From assembly GCA_964057225.1 (NCBI GenBank), contig OZ059899.1, forward strand, positions 9,052,001-9,116,000: a DNA stretch of 64,000 bases, read 5' to 3'. The stretch is from Auanema rhodensis. Lineage: Eukaryota > Animalia > Nematoda. Below, piece after piece: positions 32,897 to 43,985 of this stretch; the stretch's first letter is position 1, and each line of letters begins with the position of its first letter. Below the pieces are notes generated by a model. The model did no database searches. It had not been told where the DNA came from and was given only the letters and a program-made list of their open reading frames with translations. The translations under genes and the position numbers were made by a program.

Positions 32897-33609
32897 AGCT
32901 CAACCATAAATATCGACTAATTCCTGTCGACGAGGAAACAGTTAATATAGACAAGTTTGATGCAGAGCTCAAGCTTTTACGAGAAAATAGAGCTATACCC
33001 GACTATAAAAAGGCTGAACTATACGAAGACTTGATTGCTCGTCTCAAAAACTATAGAGAAAGTATAGATGCGCCCATATCAGTACAAGTGGAAAATGCTG
33101 ATCCACCTCTATTGCCAGAATACAAGTTGCCAAGAAAGTATAACAATTTGTGGGAGAAATTTCCAGAGGTGCGCACAAACAAGAATAACCAACTTGTGAT
33201 TAATAATGAGGCTGTACCAAACACGAATATTACAAAAATTTTAGATTTTGTATTGGATAAAACAAAAACGGAGCCCAATGGATTTTCAGTTTTGTCAAAG
33301 TTTTTAGCCAGTAAAGGCGTACCAAGTTCTAACAAGAAACAAACTAGAAGAGAGTCGGCTGACAATGATTCAGTTGACGTTGTAACTAGAGCTGAACCGG
33401 CTGTTACAGACTTGGACTCTACTATATTACCTAGAACGCCTCGTCATCGTAAAGCTGTTATTAGATATTCACCATCACCGGTTCGTACACTGAAAAGTAA
33501 AAGGTCAAAGACTTTTGATACTGCCGCCGAATCATATTACACACCACAAGAAGGAGACTCACAGAATGGCCAAGGTCGTAAAAGGTTCTACATTAGATTA
33601 TGGAAATGA
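32893..33609 (+). CDS. Basic 238-aa protein, putative core protein
   Basis: K.Y.LIP start, S/T-P-R-rich tail, QNGQG|RKR and terminal W; conserved across variants. Confidence 0.75.
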   Translation: MKLNHKYRLIPVDEETVNIDKFDAELKLLRENRAIPDYKKAELYEDLIARLKNYRESIDAPISVQVENADPPLLPEYKLPRKYNNLWEKFPEVRTNKNNQLVINNEAVPNTNITKILDFVLDKTKTEPNGFSVLSKFLASKGVPSSNKKQTRRESADNDSVDVVTRAEPAVTDLDSTILPRTPRHRKAVIRYSPSPVRTLKSKRSKTFDTAAESYYTPQEGDSQNGQGRKRFYIRLWK

Positions 33610-34633
33610 TATTTTGGCGAGCATTTATTACGATATAAAACACCCAGCTTCATATACATCAGCCAAGAATTTATTATCGCAAGCACGAAAACATGGCATT
33701 TCAAAGGTACAAGTTGATGATTTTTTGCAAGATTCTGAAACTTTTACACGACATAAACCAACCAGAATGCGTATGCAGACTAGAAAGACTAGAGGATGTG
33801 GTCGATTTCTAACAGTGCAAGCAGATTTGGTTGATATGCAAAAATATAAAAAATTAAACGACGGCTATGCTTACATGTTGACCATGATTGATGTTTATAC
33901 ACGCATGTTATATGTTAGGCCTTTGAAAACTAAAGGTGGTATAGAGGTTGCTAGTGCATTTGAAAATTTATTCAAGAATTTTATACCAATTCAGTTGATT
34001 ACTGATAATGGCACAGAGTTTTATAATAGTCATTGTGAAAAACTATTCAAAAAGTTTGCCATACTGCACGGATCTACAAGTTCACCTCAAAAGGCTGCAA
34101 TGGTGGAGCGAGCAAATAGAACTTTAAAAACACGCATGATGAAATATCTCTATTACAAGAATAATCATCGATGGATTGATATCTTAGATGATTTGGTTGA
34201 AGGAATAAACAAATCTTATAACCGCTCCATAAAAATGCGGCCCATTGATGTTAAAGCAAATATATTCATTGAAGAATATGCACCAACTGTTAAAAGCCGC
34301 TTTAAAATTGGTGATACTGTTCGCATAAGCAAACATAGGCGTACTTTTGAAAAAAGCTACGAGTCTGGATATACAATGGAGCTGTTCACAATTGATGAGG
34401 TTGTAACCGGAAACCCAACCGTGTATAAACTTGTAGATTATAATGGTGAACGTATAAAGGGAATATTCTACGAACCTGAACTTGTCTTGGCTACTAATAA
34501 AAGCAACCAGTACTATATAGAAAAAGTTTTAAAAGAGCGTACTCGAAGCGGTAAACGTCAAGTATTTGTAAAATGGAGTGGATATCCCGACAACTTTAAT
34601 GAATGGATAGATGCAGAAAATTTAAATGTATAA
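33566..34633 (+). CDS. Retroviral-like (c-INT) DDE integrase with C-terminal chromodomain (355 aa)
   Basis: QADLVDM / ITDNG / VERANRTLK; YYIEKVL..VKWSGY..NEWI; in-frame ATG conserved in both variants. Confidence 0.92.
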   Translation: MAKVVKGSTLDYGNDILASIYYDIKHPASYTSAKNLLSQARKHGISKVQVDDFLQDSETFTRHKPTRMRMQTRKTRGCGRFLTVQADLVDMQKYKKLNDGYAYMLTMIDVYTRMLYVRPLKTKGGIEVASAFENLFKNFIPIQLITDNGTEFYNSHCEKLFKKFAILHGSTSSPQKAAMVERANRTLKTRMMKYLYYKNNHRWIDILDDLVEGINKSYNRSIKMRPIDVKANIFIEEYAPTVKSRFKIGDTVRISKHRRTFEKSYESGYTMELFTIDEVVTGNPTVYKLVDYNGERIKGIFYEPELVLATNKSNQYYIEKVLKERTRSGKRQVFVKWSGYPDNFNEWIDAENLNV

Positions 34634-34928
34634 TTTTTCAATGTTATAAACAATTGTAATTATAATAAATGATTTATTTGATATATCGCATAATGTAACA
34701 ATAAAAAACCAGCAAAATACAAACAACAATTCAACCTGGAAAAAAAAAATGTAGACTATTCAAATTTTCAAATTCTTACCAGTTGGTTGATCATTCGTCC
34801 TCAATTGATGAGCCATTGATGGATATTCGCAAGAGCTGGAAAAAAAAAATGTTACGGCTGAGAATATAAAAATGCCACATAACAAAACAAGAATAAAACG
34901 CCAATTGTACTATTTGTGCTTGTTGTAG

Positions 34929-35514
34929 TCAAAATGAAGGATCAAAGCGGATAAACATGTTCAGGTTGAGTGCTTCAGGACTTAGTTTAAAGTAGAATAC
35001 ATTCTGCTTATAACCAAAAGTCTTTACAGTAGCCTCATCTGCATATATAACAATATAGCCCATATTGTTCAACAATTGCTTGCACGTCATGGTGTTATAA
35101 GAGCGCATCTAAAAAAATTATAAAATTGAAAATAAATAAATATGCAAGCTTACATTAATAGAGAACTTTTCGGGCTTATAGTGACGAAACTCCTTCAAAA
35201 GACCCAACGCATCATTCCTTCCTCTACACTTTATACAGAGGCTGAAACAGTGATACTCGTCTATAACCTGCAATGATTCCCTACAAGTTTTGCAGAGACA
35301 AATTGGTCTCATTAATACACTCCTTGGTGGAGTGCTCTCTCTCAGAATCTCCATCTGCTTTATTGGTGAATCTAAATTAAAGATTTAAAAAAGACAAGTT
35401 AAGGTTCATACCAAAACTTGTGAAATTTGGTGCTGGTGTGGGTGGTCGTGGTACTTCAGGTTCAGGCGATTTGCGCACAACATTTGTCACATCAGCAAGT
35501 ACAGCACGCTTCAT
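34929..35514 (-). CDS. D-box/Cys-cluster accessory protein, variant A, 166 aa, 3 exons, intact
   Basis: MKRAVLADVTN, SPIK, TPPR, CLCKTC..CIKC; two GT-AG introns; upstream TATAAAAG. Confidence 0.82.
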
Positions 35515-36136
35515 TTCCGCTAAAGATCCAACTTTCTAAAATATAAGGCAAACTTGCAGAGAGGAGCAGTCTATGGCGATTGGCAAAGAGTGGCAGGAGA
35601 TGGTGAAACGTCGGATCCTCGGATAGTCGGCAGAGCTGAAATGTAAATGTAGCAAAATTGCCAACCTTTTATACAAAGATCTTTGTAAAGTACAACCCAT
35701 TGTGTTACAATCAAGTTTGCTGATGAAATTCTTTTATTAATTAGATTTTACAGCATATTTATGCAGATATACTCATCTCATCGACAGTTGCCAGCAGTTG
35801 GCGCACTCTGAACCTGTAAACAATCTGCATATTAATTAGTTTTTACATCTCTTTAAACATTATTTTTACCGTTTGTGCCATAAACAACAGCCATCTCTGT
35901 AAAACATTTAGGCTTTTTAAACTTTGCTTAATAGCTCATATATTAATCATAGTATACTTTTAAACCCATATTGTACCACAAAACATATGACTGCCAACGT
36001 TTTATATGTAAAAAATATTTCATTCTTTAATATTTAATAATGATTATATTACGAAACTAAAACTTTTGAAATGTTAAAATGATTATACTATATTTAAACC
36101 CCCACAGTGCAGTTATTACTGTTTATTAACCATCGA

Positions 36137-37086
36137 TATGCGTGGCGTTGAGGTCAGCGCAACTGTTTGTTAATCTTATTGTATTTACCTTCAATGTGTG
36201 CTCTATTTAGTTATTGTATTGTTATATTAGTAAAATAAAGTTTAAAACTAATCTTTTATTATAATTTGAAGCCTTTACTTGTTAGAATAAATATAATTAA
36301 TAACAATTCGCAATTTCAAAAATTAATAATTTAATGTCGTTCTTATCGAATTAACCTTCGATATGTGTTCCATTAAATTTTGGTATTTCATATCGTTCTT
36401 ATCGAATTAACTTTCGATATGTGTTCCATTGAATTACCCATAACAAGTACGGTGAACAAAATTATCTACATGCAAAAATTTTATTGATCTTTAAAATAAA
36501 AACAATACAAACACAATACAATAAAAAATAAACAAATCAAGTAAACAAACATTATTAATAAATATAATAAAGAAATAAATAAAATTTAAAAACAAATTTA
36601 TATATTTAAAATTTAAATATAATTTATATATAAAATTTAAAGTTTAAATATAATTTATATATATAAAATTTAAATATAATTTAAATAATTAAAGTTTAAA
36701 TAAAATTTATATATATATAAAATTTAAATATAATTTAAATATTTAAAATTAAGATTTTTATTTTTACTTAATATATTTAAAAATAATTGAAAATATATAC
36801 ATACATTTGAAAAAGCATATTTAAATTTGATTTAAAAAAAAAAAAAAATTAAAAAAAAAAATCAAAAAAAAAAAAAATCATGCTTTAAATCATGACTTTT
36901 ATATTTAAAAAAGGAAAATCCATGAACCATGATCCTAAAATATGATTTTAACAGCTGACGCTCAAAAATATGTTTTTGACAGCTGACGCGCCCCAAAAGT
37001 ATGTTTTTAGCAGCTGACGCCCCCAAAAGTATGTTTTTGACAGCTGTTTGGGGGCGTGGTTAGTAAATTTTGCACGGCTCTCTACT
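36137..37086 (-). repeat. Right TIR
   Basis: Inverted copy of the left TIR ending CTCTCTACT. Confidence 0.85.
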
Positions 37087-37290
37087 TGCGTGTATAAACA
37101 TCAATCATGGTCAACATGTAAGCATAGCCGTCATTTGATCTTTTATATTTTTGCATATCAACCAAATCTGCTTGCATTGTTAGGAATCGACCACAGCCTC
37201 TAGTCTTTTTAATCTGCATATGGAGTCTGGTTGGTTTATGACGTGTAAAAGTTTACTTTATGACGTGTAAAAGTTTACTTTTTTTACACA

Positions 37291-38028
37291 TTACTTCCAT
37301 AATCTAATGTAGAATCGTTTACGGCCTTTGCCATTCTGTGTTTCTTCCGCCTGAGGTGTGTAATAAGATTCACCAGTGTCAGCGGGTTTTGCCTTTTTAT
37401 TTATAGCTTTGGATTTGAATGTACGACGCGGAGAGGGTGAATATCGAATAACAGCCTTACGATGACGTGGTGTTCTAGGTAATATATTAATAGTAGCATC
37501 CAAGTCTGTGACAGCTGATGTGGATGTAGGCACGGGATCAACTGAATCCTTGTTACTGACGGCAGGCTTTTCATTTTTTGCCTTCTTGTTAGGGCTAGAG
37601 ACCCCATTACTGGCTAAGAATTTGGCTAATACTGAGAATCCATTGGGTTCCGTCTTTGTTTTATCCAGTACAAAATCCAAAATTTTCGTATTATTTGTGT
37701 TTGGTACGGGCTCATTATTAATCACAAGTTGGTTATTTTTGTTTGTACGCACCTCTGGAAATCTTTCCCACAGATCGTTATACTTTCGTGGCAGCTTGTA
37801 TTCTGGCAATTATGGTGGATCAGCATTTTCCACTTGTACTGATATAGGCGCATCTATGCTTTCTCTATAGTTTTTGAGACGGGTAATCAAGTCTTCGTAT
37901 AGTTCAGCCTTTTTATAATCGGGTATAGATTTATTCTCTCGTAAGAGCTTCAATTCAGCATCAAACTTGTCTATATTCAGCGTTTCATCATCAACAGGGA
38001 TTAGACGATATTTATGATTGAGTTTCAT
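37291..38028 (-). pseudogene. 245-aa basic protein, variant B, with in-frame TAA (TTA in other copies) at 37810
   Basis: ORFs 37810-38028 and 37291-37809 are in frame. Confidence 0.8.
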
Positions 38029-38333
38029 CTTTTAAAACCAAAATAAGCAATTCCACATGAAACTATTGTTTTCAATTGTTTGTGTGAAATTGTTGCCAAT
38101 AAAGTTTTAGTCTTTTCGGGTGTGCGTATCAAAGCTATTTGACGTAATAATGAGGATATGGGCAAAAGGGTTTTATATTCCTTGTTAGTTAAGAGAAAAT
38201 TATTATTTTTCACAATATTAAATACAATTTCAACAATAATTTCAATTTGTGAAAAAGAAAATGAGGAAACAGAACAAGGGGTTTTGGCACAAGAAGATAA
38301 AAAGTTGTAATTTGACAAAATACGACCACTCAT
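38025..38333 (-). CDS. 102-aa Maverick protein, variant B
   Basis: Orthologue of 32588-32896. Confidence 0.7.
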   Translation of the reverse strand: MSGRILSNYNFLSSCAKTPCSVSSFSFSQIEIIVEIVFNIVKNNNFLLTNKEYKTLLPISSLLRQIALIRTPEKTKTLLATISHKQLKTIVSCGIAYFGFKR

Positions 38334-38345
38334 TGAACATGCACA

Positions 38346-39010
38346 TTAAACACTGAATATATTTCTGGCTACATAAACAATAGGGTGCTCCGCTGTTATA
38401 TCTGATAGTATACGCTGTTTCTCATTTGTTAAAGGATGGTTGTCAATCAGTAAATGACTATAGGGTGTAGACATTGCATCATCATATGCTTCTAGAGCAT
38501 TTTTAAAGCGGGGGCCAAATAATTGTTGCAGACAATTACGTATTTGTAATATATCCGAATGACTTTTCATCAGTATTATATATGTACTATTAATTCGACT
38601 GGTCCTGTCTAGCTGAAATGCAGCTTGCACAAGATCAAACACTGCCAAATTCCAGTGATGTGCCCACACTGTAAAAATGTTGTTGAGTAATTCTTTAGCC
38701 GCTTTATTCGATGAGAAAAAATTCATCAAATCATCCAGCACTAGTATGGTGTTTATTCCCTTTTGCTCTTTTATTATATCCGGATCAGGTGGTCCTTGAA
38801 TAACTATTAAACGCTCATCATTTAATGGAACACCTGACGATGCTCCACATTGACTGAACCAGAATATTCTATCAATGGGGACGTTGATGAATGAATGGCT
38901 TTAATGAATGGCACTGAAATACGTTTCAAAATCTTTTTGTACAGGGGTGTTGGCACAGATTGTTCCAACGTGTATCTTATACATAATTCACAGTGACAGG
39001 GAATATTCAT
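38346..39010 (-). pseudogene. 5'-deleted packaging ATPase fused to truncated small TM gene (mCP and ZnF genes deleted)
   Basis: Walker A absent; junction at ~38890 with duplicated tgaatg. Confidence 0.8.
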
Positions 39011-39056
39011 AACTGACCACCTAATGTAGCAGGTGACGTTTTAATGGCGAAGTTGA

Positions 39057-39512
39057 TCATATGCTAGATAATTTATAGTCGAATACTTTATGCATAAACG
39101 CTTTAATAAAGACATCATCGTTTTGTAATAGTTTAAAAAATGAACAAATGCTTTCAAATGTATTACCAGCTGACAACATTAGTATTACAAATATTGCATA
39201 ACCACCACAAGTGTATTCAATTATGCGTTGTGGTTTGCAAGTATTAACTTTTACATTTTTATATTTGGCCAGATAAAGACGAATAGACTTGTTCATTTTA
39301 TAACCCAAGCTACAGAAAAAGTAGGCTTGATCATTACGTACAAAGATGACTTGCCAATGTGTGCCCGGTTTATTGTGTGTGTCAGTATTTACAACAAGTG
39401 CAAAGTTCTTTCGACGTGTTTTGGGTAGAGTATCAGCGCTAAATACACCTAGGAATAGTTTTCGAGTGATGCGGACAGATCGCAATAGTGACGCTATTTC
39501 AGACGAATACAT
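39057..39512 (-). CDS. Adenain-like protease, variant B
   Basis: VNTD..GTHW, TCGGY. Confidence 0.88.
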   Translation of the reverse strand: MYSSEIASLLRSVRITRKLFLGVFSADTLPKTRRKNFALVVNTDTHNKPGTHWQVIFVRNDQAYFFCSLGYKMNKSIRLYLAKYKNVKVNTCKPQRIIEYTCGGYAIFVILMLSAGNTFESICSFFKLLQNDDVFIKAFMHKVFDYKLSSI

Positions 39513-39562
39513 TTAGTAAAATGATCTAGTGTAACTTTTGTATTGCGCACGTGCGGTTCAAT

Positions 39563-39818
39563 ATGCCACACCTCCTTCTAGACTTGAACTCAATTCAATT
39601 GACAACACTTTTGAATCAACAAATGGGTGGGGCGCCATTTAGTGGAATGATGTTTCAACGTGGTATGCAGAGAGGTCATGACCTGGGTGGTATACTGGTA
39701 ACTTTGGCATCGTTTTTACCACGCATTATTCAATCACCTATAGCCAAAAATCTCAACAATGCTGGAAGGAATGCATTATCCAGTGCTGTAAGCAATAGTC
39801 CAGTTGTAAATTCACCGC
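39563..39818 (+). pseudogene. 5' part of core/lytic precursor gene B; 3' part at 57942-58144
   Basis: Interrupted at TSD CACCGC. Confidence 0.85.
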
Positions 39819-41332
39819 AGTAGAGAGCCGTGCAAAATTTACTAACCACGCCCCCAAACAGCTGTCAAAAACATACTTTTGGGGGCGTCAGCTGCTAAAA
39901 ACATACTTTGGGGCGCGTCAGCTGATTTTTTTTTTTTGATTTTTTTTTTTTAAATCAAATTTAAATATGCTTTTTCAAATGTATGTATATATTTTCAATT
40001 ATTTTTAAATATATTAAGTAAAAATAAAAATCTTAATTTTAAATATTTAAATTATATTTAAATTTTATATATATATAAATTTTATTTAAACTTTAAATAT
40101 TTAAATTATATTTAAATTTTATATATATAAATTATATTTAAACTTTAAATTTTATATATAAATTATATTTAAATTTTAAATATATAAATTTGTTTTTAAA
40201 TTTTATTTATTTCTTTATTATATTTATTAATAATGTTTGTTTACTTATTTTGTTTATTTTTTATTGTATTGTGTTTGTACTATTTTATTTGTATTTTTAA
40301 AGATCAATAAAATTTTTGCATGTAGATAATTTTGTTCACCGTACTTGTTATGGGTAATTCAATGGAACACATATCGAAAGTTAATTCGATAAGAACGATA
40401 TGAAATACCAAAATTTAATGGAACACATATCGAAGGTTAATTCGATAAGAACGATATAAAATACCAAAATTTAATGGAACACATATCGAAAGTTAATTCG
40501 ATAAGAACGACATTAAATTATTAATTTTTGAAATTACAAATTGTTATTAATTATATTTATTCTAACAAGTAAAAGTTTCAAATTAAAAGAAAAGACTAGT
40601 TTTAAACTTTATTTTACTAATATAACAATACAATAACTAAATAGAGCACACATTGAAGGTAAATACAATAAGATTAACAAACAGTTGCGCTGACCTCAAT
40701 GAAACGCATATCGATGGTTAATAAACAGTAATAACTGCACTGTGGGGGTTTAAATATAGTATAATCATTTTAACATTTCAAAAGTTTTAGTTTCGTAATA
40801 TAATCATTTTTAAATATTCAAGAATGAAATATTTTTACATATAAAACGTTGGCAGTCATATGTTTTGTGCTACAATATGGGTGTAAAAGTATACTATGAA
40901 TAATATATGAGCTATTAAGCAAAGTTTAAAAAGCCTAAATGTTTTACAGAGATGGCTGTTGTTTATGGCACAAACGATAAACAATAATGTTTAAAGAGAT
41001 GTAAAAACTAATTAATATGCAGATTGTTCACAGGTTCAGAGTGCGCCAACTGTTGGCAACTGTCGATGAGATGAGTATATCTGCGTAAATATGCTGTAAA
41101 ATCTAATTAATAAAAGAATTTCATCAGCAAACTTGATTGTAACACAATGGGTTGTACTTTACAAAAATCTTTGTATAAAAGGTTGGCAATTTTGCTACAT
41201 TTACATTTCAGCTCTGCCGACTATCCGAGGATCCGACGTTTCACCATCTCCTGCCACTCTTTGCCAATCGCCATAGACTACTCCTCTCTGCAAGTTTGCC
41301 TTATATTTTAGAAAGTTGGATCTTTAGCGGAA

Positions 41333-41931
41333 ATGAAGCGTGCTGTACTTGCTGATGTGACAAATGTTGTGCGCAAATCGCCTGAACCTGAAGTACCACG
41401 ACCACCCACACCAGCACCAAATTTCACTTCTTTCAACAAGTTTTGGTATGAACCTTAACTTGTCTTTTTTAAATCTTTAATTTAGATTCACCAATAAAGC
41501 AGATGGAGATTCTGAGAGAGAGGACTCCACCAAAGAGTGTATTAATGAGACCAATTTGTCTCTGCAAAACTTGTAGGGAATCATTGCAGGTTATAGACGA
41601 GTATCACTGTTTCAGCCTCTGTATAAAGTGTAGAGGAAGGAATGATGCGTTGGGTCTTTTGAAGGAATTTCGTCACTATAAGCCCGAAAAGTTCTCTATT
41701 AATGTAAGCTTGCATATTTATTTATTTTCAATTTTATCATTTTTTTTTTAGATGCGCTCTTATAACACCATGACGTGCAAGCAATTGTTGAACAATATGG
41801 GCTATATTGTTATATATGCAGATGAGGCTACTGTAAAGACTTTTGGTTATAAGCAGAATGTATTCTACTTTAAACTAAGTCCTGAAGCACTCAACCTGAA
41901 CATGTTTATCCGCTTTGATCCTTCATTTTGA
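41333..41931 (+). pseudogene. D-box accessory gene with a 10-nt frameshifting insertion in exon 1
   Basis: aatttcac[ttctttcaac]aagttttg versus other copies. Confidence 0.75.
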
Positions 41932-42223
41932 CTACAACAAGCACAAATAGTACAATTGGCGTTTTATTCTTGTTTTGTTATGTGGCATTTTTATATTCTC
42001 AGCCGTAACATTTTTTTTCCAGCTCTTGCGAATATCCATCAATGACTCATCAATTGAGGACGAATGATCAACCAACTGGTAAGAATTTGAAAATTTGAAT
42101 AGTCTACATTTTTTTTTCCAGGTTGAATTGTTGTTTGTATTTTGCTGGTTTTTTATTGTTACATTATGCGATATATCAAATAAATCATTTATTATAATTA
42201 CAATTGTTTATAACATTGAAAAA

Positions 42224-43291
42224 TTATACATTTAAATTTTCTGCATCTATCCATTCATTAAAGTTGTCGGGATATCCACTCCATTTTACAAATACTTGAC
42301 GTTTACCGCTTCGAGTACGCTCTTTTAAAACTTTTTCTATATAGTACTTGTTGCTTTTATTAGTAGCCAAGACAAGTTCAGGTTCGTAGAATATTCCCTT
42401 TATACGTTCACCATTATAATCTACAAGTTTATACACGGTTGGGTTTCCGGTTACAACCTCATCAATTGTGAACAGCTCCATTGTATATCCAGACTCGTAG
42501 CTTTTTTCAAAAGTACGCCAATTTTTGCTTATGCGAACAGTATCACCAATTTTAAAGCGGCTTTTAACAGCTGTTGCATATTCTTCAATGAATATATTTG
42601 CTTTAACATCAATGGGCCGCATTTTTATAGAGCGGTTATAAGATTTGTTTATTCCTTCAACCAAATCATCTAGTATATCAATCCATCGATGATTATTCTT
42701 GTAATAGAGATATTTCATCATGCGCGTTTTTAAAGTTCTATTTGCTCGCTCCACCATTGCCGCCTTTTGTGGTGAACTTGTTGATCCATGCAGTATGGCA
42801 AATTTTTTGAATAGTTTTTCACAATGACTATTATAAAACTCTGCACCGTTATCCGTTATTAGTTGGATTGGTATAAAATCCTTGAATACATTTTCAAATG
42901 CAGTAGCAACCTCTAAACCACCTTTAGTTTTCAAAGGCATAACATATAACATGCGTGTATAAACATCAATCATGGTCAACATGTAAGCATAGCCGTCATT
43001 TGATTTTTTATATTTTTGCATATCAACCAAATCTGCTTGCATTGTTAGGAATCGACCACAGCCTCTAGTCTTTTTAGTCTGCATATGCAGTCTGGTTGGT
43101 TTATGACGTGTAAAAGTTTCAGAGTCTTGCAAAAAACTTTCAACTTGTGCTTTTGCGATGCCATGCTTTCGCGCTTCCAATAATAGATTTTTGGCAGACG
43201 TATAAGAAGCTGGATGCTTAATATTATAATAAATGTTCTCCAAAACATTACTTCCATAATCTAATGTAGAATCGTTTACGGCCTTTGCCAT
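42224..43291 (-). CDS. Chromodomain integrase (mosaic B/A)
   Basis: DDE and chromo motifs, open. Confidence 0.9.
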   Translation of the reverse strand: MAKAVNDSTLDYGSNVLENIYYNIKHPASYTSAKNLLLEARKHGIAKAQVESFLQDSETFTRHKPTRLHMQTKKTRGCGRFLTMQADLVDMQKYKKSNDGYAYMLTMIDVYTRMLYVMPLKTKGGLEVATAFENVFKDFIPIQLITDNGAEFYNSHCEKLFKKFAILHGSTSSPQKAAMVERANRTLKTRMMKYLYYKNNHRWIDILDDLVEGINKSYNRSIKMRPIDVKANIFIEEYATAVKSRFKIGDTVRISKNWRTFEKSYESGYTMELFTIDEVVTGNPTVYKLVDYNGERIKGIFYEPELVLATNKSNKYYIEKVLKERTRSGKRQVFVKWSGYPDNFNEWIDAENLNV

Positions 43292-43985
43292 TCTGTGTTT
43301 CTCCCGCCTGAGGTGTGTAATAAGATTCACCAGTGTCAGCGGGTTTTGCCTTTTTATTTATTGCTTTGGATTTGAATGTACGACGCGGAGAGGGTGAATA
43401 TCGAATAACAGCCTTACGATGACGTGGTGTTCTAGGTAATATATTAATAGTAGCATCCAAGTCTGTGACAGCCAATGTGGATGTAGGCACGGGATCAACT
43501 GAATCCTTGTTACTGACGGCAGGCTCTTCATTTTTTGCCTTCTTGTTAGGGCTAGAGACCCCATTACTGGCTAAAAATTTGGCTAATACTGAGAATCCAT
43601 TGGGTTCCGTCTTTGTTTTATCCAGTACAAAATCCAAAATTTTTGTAATATTTGTGTTTGGTACGGGCTCATTATTAATCACAAGTTGGTTATTTTTGTT
43701 TGTACGCACCTCTGGAAATCTTTCCCACAGATCGTTATACTTTCGTGGCAGCTTGTATTCTGGCAATAATGGTGGATCAGCATTTTCCACTTGTACTGAT
43801 ATAGGCGCATCTATGCTTTCTCTATAGTTTTTGAGACGGGTAATCAAGTCTTCGTATAGTTCAGCCTTTTTATGATCGGGTATAGATTTATTCTCTCGTA
43901 AGAGCTTCAATTCAGCATCAAACTTGTCTATATTCAGCGTTTCATCATCAACAGGGATTAGACGATATTTATGATTGAGTTTCAT
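43248..43985 (-). CDS. 245-aa basic protein
   Basis: Orthologue of 32893-33609. Confidence 0.75.
   Translation of the reverse strand: MKLNHKYRLIPVDDETLNIDKFDAELKLLRENKSIPDHKKAELYEDLITRLKNYRESIDAPISVQVENADPPLLPEYKLPRKYNDLWERFPEVRTNKNNQLVINNEPVPNTNITKILDFVLDKTKTEPNGFSVLAKFLASNGVSSPNKKAKNEEPAVSNKDSVDPVPTSTLAVTDLDATINILPRTPRHRKAVIRYSPSPRRTFKSKAINKKAKPADTGESYYTPQAGETQNGKGRKRFYIRLWK

Larger units (their letters stand above)
21456..37086 (+). mobile_element. Complete Maverick/Polinton (variant A), 15.6 kb
   Basis: AGTAG...CTACT termini, ~1-kb TIRs, 6-bp TSD TGCGTG (21450-21455 / 37087-37092), pPolB, MCP, mCP, protease, ATPase, integrase all open. Confidence 0.95.

Noticed and set aside
21456-37086. 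Maverick-encoded gB-like fusogen or toxin-antidote cargo as reported for some nematode Mavericks
   Set aside because: No ORF of suitable size or motifs; the fusogen in this window belongs to the Gypsy element
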